From: a virus
Strand: one strand, 5' to 3'
Length of the DNA: 64,000 nucleotides
IMG/VR virus record: IMGVR_UViG_3300026488_000019
Coordinates: 1-64,000 of that record
Numbering within the stretch: position 1 is the stretch's first letter; each line of letters opens with the position of its first letter. Both the position numbers and the translations under genes were made by a program. A model generated the notes under the pieces. It saw only the letters and a list, made by a program, of their open reading frames with translations, was not told where the DNA came from and did not search any database. Positions 38,747-47,185 of the stretch are shown one piece after another.

Positions 38747-40132
38747 CTTGAGGAATGATTCAGCTATCCTTACTGTTCTGGGTTTAAGGAATTTAGGAGA
38801 ATCCTCTTTGGTTTCATTTACCTTAGACGAGGAAACTTTATATTTGTTAACATACTTAGCTGATTCAGTCATCTTAGAAAGAACTTCTTTAGCTTCCTCT
38901 ACTCCTAACTTAGAAACTAACCTTTCTACAACTTCCTTGTCTGCTTTAAACTCTTTAGCGAGTTCCTCTACTTGCTTGTTGAGTTTTTCTTCCTTAAGCT
39001 TAAGGAGAACTTGTTCTATACCTTTAAGGAATTCTTCAACCTCTTCTAATGAACCTACCCTAGACTGAAAGTCTGCTAGTTTTTCTAGTGTGGATTTAGC
39101 TTTTTCTAATGTTTCCTTAATTTCTTCAGGAGTACCTAGCTCAAGGTACTTTTCAAGAGTTTCTTTAGACTTGAGGAGAGACTTTTCAACTTCTTCAGGA
39201 GAACCTATTTTGAGGTAAGCTTTGAGGATTTCCTCAGACTCTTTTAGAGCCTCTTTAATCTCTTCAGGAGTACCTAATACTTCATACTTAGCAAGAGTTT
39301 CTTTGAGAGATTTGAGCTCCTCTTCTACCTTAGTGAGGGATTCCTTTACAGATTTAGCTTCCTCTTGATTCTTTTGGAGCTCTTCAAGTTGTCTTTTGAG
39401 TTCTTCGTTTTCCTTAAGAACCTTGTCTAGTTCCTTTTCCAATTCTACTTTCTCTTTAGTAAGTTGTTCAAGGACTTGCTCCATAGCCATATTTTTATCC
39501 TCCTTAACCTGAATTTGATTAAAGTTAGCTTGGTTGTCTGATATACTACATATACCTCCTATACACTCTTTTAAGTCTTGCTTTATGGATTCAACTAGTT
39601 CAGGGTTGGCTTGTAAGAATCCTGGATCATAAACGAAGTCAAATCCTATTAGTTCATACTTATCAGGGTTTAAAGCTGGAACTTTACCAGTAGGGTCTTT
39701 ACCTTCGTATTCTCCAAATGCTCTAGAAGATACATAGAGTTTAGCTCCTGCTCTTAAGAGAGTATTAAGAACCCTACCAGCAGGAGTGTTAAGGATTAAA
39801 GCTTCTCCTATACCTCTACCTTGTTCATCTATGTAAAGGTTAGTTACTATGTGAGAAATCTTACCTTCTGCTATTGTGTTGTCGTTTATAGGGGTATCGT
39901 GACCAATAGTACCAAACATTCGTCTTTCTTTAAGTTTCTTTTTGATGTTTGGGTTGGATATTACCTTTTCCCAGAGCTTACGAGGGTAAAAGCGATTATT
40001 TCTAGAGTAGCCATCTGGTACAAAGAATTGGCCTTTTACCTTACCTAAGATGTGAATACCATCTACTTCGTTAGACTCTTGCAGTGTGAACTGAATTTGT
40101 GGTTCTATGAGGTCAACTAACCTTTCCATCAT
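38744..40132 (-). CDS. Prohead protease (gp21-like) fused to scaffold
   Basis: SRNNRFYP, GTIGH, SHIV, LNTPAG, VSSRAFG, FDFVYDPGF; C-terminal coiled coil with GTPEEI repeats. Confidence 0.92.
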   Translation of the reverse strand: MMERLVDLIEPQIQFTLQESNEVDGIHILGKVKGQFFVPDGYSRNNRFYPRKLWEKVISNPNIKKKLKERRMFGTIGHDTPINDNTIAEGKISHIVTNLYIDEQGRGIGEALILNTPAGRVLNTLLRAGAKLYVSSRAFGEYEGKDPTGKVPALNPDKYELIGFDFVYDPGFLQANPELVESIKQDLKECIGGICSISDNQANFNQIQVKEDKNMAMEQVLEQLTKEKVELEKELDKVLKENEELKRQLEELQKNQEEAKSVKESLTKVEEELKSLKETLAKYEVLGTPEEIKEALKESEEILKAYLKIGSPEEVEKSLLKSKETLEKYLELGTPEEIKETLEKAKSTLEKLADFQSRVGSLEEVEEFLKGIEQVLLKLKEEKLNKQVEELAKEFKADKEVVERLVSKLGVEEAKEVLSKMTESAKYVNKYKVSSSKVNETKEDSPKFLKPRTVRIAESFLK

Positions 40133-41054
40133 ATTTCCTCACTAATTCAAGGAATAGTGAAACTGGGATTGTTTTTATGATTTGGCACTGAGAACCTTTT
40201 ATGTTAGAGTAGCTAATACTAGGGTAGTCGTAAGCAACTCTATTTTTCTCTAATGAGTCAAATAGTACCTTAGACTTATCTCCTGATATTATCAATGCAT
40301 GGTTTACTTTAGGTTCGCCTTGCTGTGATAAGGTTACAGAAGGATTACTACCACAAGATACTAAAGCTATTAAGTGAGAGTGGTACTTATCAGGGTTGTT
40401 ATAAACCTGCTTTGCTACCTGAGCATAGCAGGAAGAGTTAGCAGGGTTGTTAGAGAGGGAGAAAAGTAGCATTTTCTTTAACACATCTTTTACTGTAAAC
40501 AAGTCCTCTCCTATTATGTCTAGGAGGAACTCTACATCCTCTTTATCAAGCTTATTCTCTATAAGAACCTTCTTTTCAATTTCATCTATTAGAGGTAATA
40601 CTTCTTCAGTAAAGAGTTCATACTCAACTTCTTCTAGGAGAGGCTTGTAGTAAACTCCTTCTATATACCAATGGGTTTTAAGACTGGAAAGTAGCTTGAG
40701 GAATTCGTATCTTTCTAATGGAGATAAGTAAGATTCGCTCCTGAATAACCTAGTAGCTAAGAATCTACCTAGTGCTCTGTGAAACCTTTTACCAGATATA
40801 GATTTGTGCCACTTTCTTAGAGCTAAGAGGTATTTAGTTCTGTACCTTTTCCAGTTTTGCTTTTGAATTAAAGAACGCTTCCTATCCTTTAACCTCTTCT
40901 TTAGAGGTTTACGACGCTTAATAATACCTTGCCAGATTTCTTCAATGGCTTCCTGTGAGAGTTTCTCTACATCACTAAGGGTTTCATATTGGTTTAACAA
41001 ACCTGCTTCAGAAAGAAGCAATATTTTGTCGTTTGGGTCTCTAAACTTTATCAT
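40113..41054 (-). CDS. Hypothetical head-associated protein
   Basis: Basic KRRK-rich helix; head module context. Confidence 0.6.
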   Translation of the reverse strand: MIKFRDPNDKILLLSEAGLLNQYETLSDVEKLSQEAIEEIWQGIIKRRKPLKKRLKDRKRSLIQKQNWKRYRTKYLLALRKWHKSISGKRFHRALGRFLATRLFRSESYLSPLERYEFLKLLSSLKTHWYIEGVYYKPLLEEVEYELFTEEVLPLIDEIEKKVLIENKLDKEDVEFLLDIIGEDLFTVKDVLKKMLLFSLSNNPANSSCYAQVAKQVYNNPDKYHSHLIALVSCGSNPSVTLSQQGEPKVNHALIISGDKSKVLFDSLEKNRVAYDYPSISYSNIKGSQCQIIKTIPVSLFLELVRKYDGKVS

Positions 41055-41090
41055 TGGGTTGCCCTTTAGCGTATTCTTCTAAAATTTAAC

Positions 41091-42350
41091 TTATAGGTTA
41101 GTCAATCCCCACTTATAACCATAGTCTTGTTTAATTGGTTTTGGACAAGAGCCTACAAAATCAAAGAAGTCCTGAGTTGATTTTACTGATAAAGCTATGT
41201 AAGGGAATTTCTTTTTGGTTTTGTATTCAGTTCCAGTTCTTAAATATGCTTTTAATCCAAGTTTATTAAGTTGTTCTACCAAAAAGTTAACCTCTTCAAA
41301 AGTAAAACAATTGGTAGCAAAATGGATGAAAGGTTTACCTTTTGATGGTTTAATTAGACTCCCATCACCAATATACCAATGAAGAACAACTGTTGGAGTA
41401 AGTTTTAAATCTTTTGGTATTATCTTCTTTCCATTCCGATACCATCTATGATATTGCTCTGTTAAACAAGGATATTTTCTTGTAGAAAAATAAAATGCTA
41501 TACTACCAGGTTTAAATCCTTTTTCATTGACCTTTTCATAAATTTTACCACACTCCAAACCTTCATCAATAAACTGTTGTCTTAGCCACTCTATATAATT
41601 CTTGTGTTTATCAGTATGCTGATAACAAGAATTAGAGTTTAAAGATTTTGGTTTAGCTAAAGACCCATCTCCAAGTAATAACCCATCCAAAACTTGCTTA
41701 AAATAATCTGAAAGTTGGTGATAAAAGTTAGAAACGGAAGAATTAGCTTCATTTACATTCCTTATAGGAATATTATACTTCTTTAATAAATTAGAAACAG
41801 TTTTATAATGAATTCCTAACTCCTTTGCAATTTCTTTTATTGACTTCTTTTTAATTACATATTCTTGATATAACCACTCTCTTCCAATAGCGGGTTTAAA
41901 CTTTTCTCTTGATACAAAACCAAATTTATCAAACCAATATTTAACTGAAGAAGGATCTACATCACATTCTTCAGCAATTTGTTTTATAGATTTTTCTTTA
42001 ACATAATACTCATTATAAAGCCATTCTTTATTAGTGTACTTTCCTTTCTTATGCCATCTTCTTATTGGTATTCCAAATTTCTTTAACCACTTTAATATAA
42101 CAGTTTCAGAAACCCCTAATTCTTCTGCTATCTGAATAGTTGATTTTCCTAACTTTACATATTGTTCCTCTAACCATTCTTTGTTTTGATAAAGTTTCTC
42201 TGGATAACCTAATCCAAATTTTCTTGCCCACTTCTCAATAGTATCTCTATTAACTCCTAACTCTTTCGCCACTTGAATTCTTGATTTACCTTTTACAATT
42301 AATTCATTATACAACCAATCTCTATTCCTGTAAGGTTTATTCTTAAACAT
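41091..42350 (-). CDS. Free-standing LAGLIDADG homing endonuclease with four N-terminal HTH repeats
   Basis: LDGLLLGDGSL and LHWYIGDGS motifs; four WLY..Y..K.KS..QIA.E repeats. Confidence 0.88.
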   Translation of the reverse strand: MFKNKPYRNRDWLYNELIVKGKSRIQVAKELGVNRDTIEKWARKFGLGYPEKLYQNKEWLEEQYVKLGKSTIQIAEELGVSETVILKWLKKFGIPIRRWHKKGKYTNKEWLYNEYYVKEKSIKQIAEECDVDPSSVKYWFDKFGFVSREKFKPAIGREWLYQEYVIKKKSIKEIAKELGIHYKTVSNLLKKYNIPIRNVNEANSSVSNFYHQLSDYFKQVLDGLLLGDGSLAKPKSLNSNSCYQHTDKHKNYIEWLRQQFIDEGLECGKIYEKVNEKGFKPGSIAFYFSTRKYPCLTEQYHRWYRNGKKIIPKDLKLTPTVVLHWYIGDGSLIKPSKGKPFIHFATNCFTFEEVNFLVEQLNKLGLKAYLRTGTEYKTKKKFPYIALSVKSTQDFFDFVGSCPKPIKQDYGYKWGLTNL

Positions 42351-42925
42351 TACTTTTTCCTACCACCATCTTTATACTTCATAACATTCCAAACAATTTT
42401 CCCTTTAATTATTCTATGTTTAATTAAATATTCTGTCAATAAACATAGATGTTTTCCGATTTGGGGAATGTTCATAGGATTACGGATTTTAGCAGGTACT
42501 TTATTCCAGAGAGAAGGTCTACCAAATAAAGCTCCATGAGAATAAAGAGCATAAGCCAGGAAATATCTAAAAGACTCACAAGAACACCTTACTGCTACTG
42601 GTAAATCCCAACTCCAATCTATATTAGTATTAGGTCTCGCTAACTGTAAGACACAGCTATGATATTTCCCTGGTCTTGAAACCGATTTAACATAAGCATG
42701 GACAGTCATTACCAACTCATCTTCAGTTAACTCTATCCTTCTAATCTTCACAGGTTGAGGAGGAATGGGATCGTACTTATAGACAGAGTAGGGGAAGTTC
42801 AAATAAATCTGTTTTAATGTTACCCTACTCTTTCTCCTTAACCTTTTTGGAACTTCTACTATCTGAGATGGGTCAGGTTTATTAGACTTTTCTAGCAATC
42901 TTAAAACCTCTTGAGATAGGTTCAT
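42350..42925 (-). CDS. SWIM-like zinc finger protein
   Basis: VRCSCESFRY...RNP...KHL. Confidence 0.65.
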   Translation of the reverse strand: MNLSQEVLRLLEKSNKPDPSQIVEVPKRLRRKSRVTLKQIYLNFPYSVYKYDPIPPQPVKIRRIELTEDELVMTVHAYVKSVSRPGKYHSCVLQLARPNTNIDWSWDLPVAVRCSCESFRYFLAYALYSHGALFGRPSLWNKVPAKIRNPMNIPQIGKHLCLLTEYLIKHRIIKGKIVWNVMKYKDGGRKK

Positions 42926-42927
42926 TA

Positions 42928-43431
42928 CTACTTACCTTTAGAAAGCTTTTTGAGTTCTGTGAAGAGGGTTATAAAGGCTTCTCTCATACCCTTTAATACT
43001 GAGTCCTGTTCAAACTTCTTTACTGATGATAAAGTATCTTGAGAAAGCTCTTCTTTAGATATTACTAGTTTAGTTTGTAATCTTTGAGGTAGTCCTGGAA
43101 CATATTCTCTAGCTTTGGAAAAGCCTGCTGAAACTTGAAGAACCACTCTATCAGAAAGCTCATTAGCTAAAACCTGAAGAGAGGCTACTGAGTATCTAAC
43201 ATCAGGCTTCTTAGAAAAGTCTAACCAGATTCCATCTTTCTTAGTAAACTTTACTTTTACTATTGCCTCATAGGTAAAGGATCTTCCAGGAAAGATAGCA
43301 TCTTGAGGGTCAGTAGGCCACTCTGGTATTAGGTACATTAAAAGTTCTCTTATTAACCATCTTAAATTTAGGTCTTGCTTATCAGTTAGCTCTTCTAACA
43401 AGAGGTTGAGGTTATCTATTAACCTTCCCAT
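42928..43431 (-). CDS. Hypothetical, possible internal head protein
   Basis: Leader MGRLIDNLNLLLEE. Confidence 0.6.
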   Translation of the reverse strand: MGRLIDNLNLLLEELTDKQDLNLRWLIRELLMYLIPEWPTDPQDAIFPGRSFTYEAIVKVKFTKKDGIWLDFSKKPDVRYSVASLQVLANELSDRVVLQVSAGFSKAREYVPGLPQRLQTKLVISKEELSQDTLSSVKKFEQDSVLKGMREAFITLFTELKKLSKGK

Positions 43432-43443
43432 TTACTACTCCTC

Positions 43444-44040
43444 TTAGATTAATATTGAAGATTGTTGAAGCTTCTCTATTGTGTCTTCATAAAGTTTTTG
43501 TCCTTCAGATGCAAGTATTTCGGAATCATTGGTAATTGGAAGATCACCAAGATGGAACGCTCTCCTACTCCTAGCTAATCCCACTAAGAACTCTGCTGTT
43601 ATTAAGTCTAGGTAAAGCTCATCCTCAAGTTCTATAAACTTTTTACCTGAATCATCAGTTTTGACTTCCCACTCAAACCAAGCTATAACTTCTGCTTTAC
43701 CATTAAAGTTAGTATAAAGAGTAGGTTTCCTATACTCCCACTCTACGAATGGAATATTACCAGATTGAGTAGCTATCTGTAACAGTGGATTGAATACAGT
43801 AGAATAACAAGGTGTTACATCTGATATATAGTGAGGAATGTTTTCAGTAAAAGTGTACTGGTAGTTAGTTAGGGTTATAAAGAGCTTTTCCCTAATAGGC
43901 TTATACTTAGAGTAGGTTTTGAGGGTCTTTTTAACTAAAGTTTCAAACTTATCGTAGTCTAGTTCTACATCATCTTTACCTATTAAAAATTGACCTGAGC
44001 GAATAAGGATTAGATTAAAGAGCTCTTCTAAGGTTAACAT
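43444..44040 (-). CDS. Putative neck/head-tail adaptor (gp13-like)
   Basis: Helical ends with beta core; ITND...L.SEG C-terminus; synteny. Confidence 0.6.
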   Translation of the reverse strand: MLTLEELFNLILIRSGQFLIGKDDVELDYDKFETLVKKTLKTYSKYKPIREKLFITLTNYQYTFTENIPHYISDVTPCYSTVFNPLLQIATQSGNIPFVEWEYRKPTLYTNFNGKAEVIAWFEWEVKTDDSGKKFIELEDELYLDLITAEFLVGLARSRRAFHLGDLPITNDSEILASEGQKLYEDTIEKLQQSSILI

Positions 44041-44043
44041 TGA

Positions 44044-44292
44044 TTAATCCTCTTTCTTAGGTTTCCTACCTCTCTTAGGTTTAGAATCTTGCTTTACCTC
44101 TTTAGGAGAATCTTCTTTAATAGGTTGAGGTTTAGGTTCTTTAGTTACTACTTTTAGTAAACCTTTAGTGAGGAGTAGTTTTACTGGAGGTAAATTGGCT
44201 AATTCCTCAGAATACTGAGTAGGAAATTCGTATCTTTTGCCTTTGTAGTTTACTATGACTTTACCTTTAGCAGTAGGTTTTATGATTTTCAT
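44044..44292 (-). CDS. Small basic protein
   Basis: KRGRKPK tail; GGAGG SD. Confidence 0.6.
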   Translation of the reverse strand: MKIIKPTAKGKVIVNYKGKRYEFPTQYSEELANLPPVKLLLTKGLLKVVTKEPKPQPIKEDSPKEVKQDSKPKRGRKPKKED

Positions 44293-44304
44293 TAGTAGTC
44301 CTCC

Positions 44305-44910
44305 TTAACTTACCTTACACTTTTTAAGCTTAAACTTAGGTTGTAGTGGTTGAGCTTTTACTCTTTTAAGATTAGCTTTAACTATCTCAGGTAGTTTTCC
44401 TTTCCTTACTAGAGGTAATCTCTCTCTACGATTACCTCTTATAACATGGTAAGATTCAGGTATTAACTTACCAGCTAAGAGTAGAGCTGATACTACAGAC
44501 TTCTTAAGCCAAGTTAGAGGTTCATCCCAATCTATTCCTGCTGATATAGTGTAGTAAGCTAGTGGAACTTCTAGGTTAGTTAAATTTACTTCTATTGGTT
44601 CATCATCTGGACTAACTACTACTGCTAATACTTCATTATCTACTACTGTAAAGAATACATCTACCTCTTCCTTAGTTTCAGGGTTAGTAAACCTGATTAA
44701 AAGTTCTCCAGTGTTAGGGTCAAAGGAAAGGATTCTAGGTTCTATGTTAGAGTAGCCTAAGTAGTTGAGATACTCCTTAAACCTGTTTTCTAACTCCTGT
44801 ATGTCTAACTCTACTTCATCATAGGTTATTAAAGCTAGAGGGTTACTAGGAATAACTCCTAAAGTTGATAAATCTTCTAGCATTAAGTTAAGTTGTTGGA
44901 TTAGCTTCAT
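44305..44910 (-). CDS. Hypothetical, possible internal head protein
   Basis: Leader MKLIQQLNLMLED; follows portal. Confidence 0.6.
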   Translation of the reverse strand: MKLIQQLNLMLEDLSTLGVIPSNPLALITYDEVELDIQELENRFKEYLNYLGYSNIEPRILSFDPNTGELLIRFTNPETKEEVDVFFTVVDNEVLAVVVSPDDEPIEVNLTNLEVPLAYYTISAGIDWDEPLTWLKKSVVSALLLAGKLIPESYHVIRGNRRERLPLVRKGKLPEIVKANLKRVKAQPLQPKFKLKKCKVS

Positions 44911-46402
44911 AGTCTTGTTCCTCTCCAGGAAGTTGAATTAAGGAGTCTAAACCTATCTTACTGAGTTCATTGTTAAGATATTCAGCAAAGCCTTCTGTGT
45001 TTACATATTGAGAAAGGTTTTCATCACTCTGTAAATCATTAACGAACCTGTGGATGTCTGAAAGGTTTTGAGTTATGGTTACTGTGTACTCAATCTTATC
45101 TAAGTCGTCTATGTTGATAATAGAGTTAGTAAACCTGATTGAGAAGTCTTCAGGAGTCACTGATATACCTTTGTTGATAAGATGGATAAGAGTAAGCTCT
45201 CTTAACCCATCTACAATAGCTTTCTGTATGTACTTAAGCTTACGATAGTACCTAGAGTACCTCTTTAAGATTTCGTTCTTAGTACTATCTCCTGAGTTGA
45301 AAATAAGTTCAGGAGGAATACCTACACTGGTTAATATAACTTGCCTTAAGTCTTGAATTGAATCTAAAAGGTTGGAAGACTCTTCAGGTTTGTAGTCCAG
45401 TTTAGTAATTTGACCTTTCTCTGAGGTAACAGGTATTACTTTTACCCTACCAGCTCCTTTTAGGATTTCTACTATTGAGAGCTGGTCTAGGTCTTTATCT
45501 ACTGATATGCCTAAAGAGTTAAGCTTCCTCTCTAGTTGTTTAGCAAAGTTTAAAGCTTCTTCAGGGGACATAGAAGGAGGTACATATACTCCTACTACAT
45601 TACCTTTAGAGAGGAGTTGGATTTGAGAAGCAGGTATTAGCTTTTCTAGTAAGTCAAGTTCTTTAATCTTCTTAATAACTCCTGATGTAAAGAGAGGAGT
45701 TCCTATCTTGAGGAAGGAGGGTAGCTTCTTCCTCTCTTCCTCACTAAAGTAAGATAAGAACCCTTTACCTAACTTTAACCTGATTCTTCTAGCATTAACA
45801 AAGAATACTATGAAGTCTGTTGGATTGTAGTAGAAATTAGGTTTACCTTTGTCATCTAACTTGAGGTAGAACTCTAAATCAGTACCTTTATAGAAAGGTA
45901 TTACTTCATAAGGTAAGTAGTCATCTTTGATTTCTACTATACCTTGACCTTCCTCTATTATTGGCTTAAGAGTGTAAGAACCAAAAGCTATTAGGTCTGG
46001 AGTTATGTCTTGTACTAACCTATCTATATCAAACCTGAGTTGGAAGTCCTCTAAAGCTTTAGCTAATTCTGAGTTATCAATATTAGGAGTTATCTCTATA
46101 ATGTTATCTGATGATACATCAGGAGTTAACGTATCAAAGGTAAATTGGTCTAGGATTACTTCTGCTATATAGGTTTCCCTTACCCTTTCTATTTCCTTAT
46201 AGAACTTTTGATAATCCCTAGAAACCTCTAGGTACTTAGAAACTACCTCTGTTATTACTTTGTAGTCCTTTTGGGTAAACTGAATAGGAGAGTTAGTTGA
46301 ATTGGTTTGAGTTGGTTTGTAGTTTTCAGGTAAGTTTAGCTCTAACCCTAAACCTGAAAGTATTTTAGATAGCAATCCCATTTTAGTTTCCTTGTCATTC
46401 AA
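44888..46402 (-). CDS. Portal protein (gp20-like)
   Basis: ~500 aa after terminase; IL.SVGIPPELI...RY.RKL..IQ; start may be ATG 46381. Confidence 0.8.
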   Translation of the reverse strand: MNDKETKMGLLSKILSGLGLELNLPENYKPTQTNSTNSPIQFTQKDYKVITEVVSKYLEVSRDYQKFYKEIERVRETYIAEVILDQFTFDTLTPDVSSDNIIEITPNIDNSELAKALEDFQLRFDIDRLVQDITPDLIAFGSYTLKPIIEEGQGIVEIKDDYLPYEVIPFYKGTDLEFYLKLDDKGKPNFYYNPTDFIVFFVNARRIRLKLGKGFLSYFSEEERKKLPSFLKIGTPLFTSGVIKKIKELDLLEKLIPASQIQLLSKGNVVGVYVPPSMSPEEALNFAKQLERKLNSLGISVDKDLDQLSIVEILKGAGRVKVIPVTSEKGQITKLDYKPEESSNLLDSIQDLRQVILTSVGIPPELIFNSGDSTKNEILKRYSRYYRKLKYIQKAIVDGLRELTLIHLINKGISVTPEDFSIRFTNSIINIDDLDKIEYTVTITQNLSDIHRFVNDLQSDENLSQYVNTEGFAEYLNNELSKIGLDSLIQLPGEEQDYEANPTT

Positions 46403-47168
46403 AGGTTAAGTGTTCTATCTTTAGGTTAAAACTTCTTTTAGTAGCATTAGGTATATTAGGTAGTTCTATCTTTACAGTACCATTTACACTGGGAGGATAG
46501 GCCTGAGCTGAACCATATCCTCCATACTCCATAGAAAAGGAAGGTACATTTATGTAGTAAGTTTTGTGGAATCTAATCCTAGAGTGTTTTCTATCTATTA
46601 TGTACTTTTGGTCTGCTGTTACTATGAAGTCATGAGTGTGACCTGTTAGGATTATATCTGCATTAGGGAAAATATTACCAAACCTGTGCAGATTGTTTAT
46701 CTTACCTCCCTTTAACCTACCTCCTCCTATTCCATGATGCAGTACCAAGTACCAAGCTGTTTTAGGTAGAGAAACTTTTAAGACTAGGAAGTCTGGAGAA
46801 TAGAACCTTTCTAAAGTTAGCTTTCTCATTAAGAGAGATAGGATATCTAGTCCTACTGATTTGGATATACGGTTTTCGTGGTTTCCACTTACTACTCCTA
46901 TTATCCTATCTCTAATAGGTTTTAAGACTGAAACTGCTAACCTGATTTCTTCATCAATTGATTTGGCTTTATAAGGATTACCTTTACTACCTATGATAGC
47001 TGACTCTAGCAAGTCTCCTAATAATACTACCCTAACATTAGGATTAGATGTTATATAGTTAAGAGCTGAGTGGATTTTGCGTAGGTTACAAGTTTCTGAA
47101 CCTAAGTGTAAGTCTGAGAGTGGTATTAACTCAATTGAGTCTTGTTCTTTTACTGTTATGAACTTCAC
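46395..47168 (-). CDS. Calcineurin-like metallophosphoesterase
   Basis: SDLHLG, GDLLE, GNHE, HHG, GHTH motifs. Confidence 0.9.
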   Translation of the reverse strand: MKFITVKEQDSIELIPLSDLHLGSETCNLRKIHSALNYITSNPNVRVVLLGDLLESAIIGSKGNPYKAKSIDEEIRLAVSVLKPIRDRIIGVVSGNHENRISKSVGLDILSLLMRKLTLERFYSPDFLVLKVSLPKTAWYLVLHHGIGGGRLKGGKINNLHRFGNIFPNADIILTGHTHDFIVTADQKYIIDRKHSRIRFHKTYYINVPSFSMEYGGYGSAQAYPPSVNGTVKIELPNIPNATKRSFNLKIEHLTFE

Positions 47169-47185
47169 ATTCAGAAACCTCTTAG

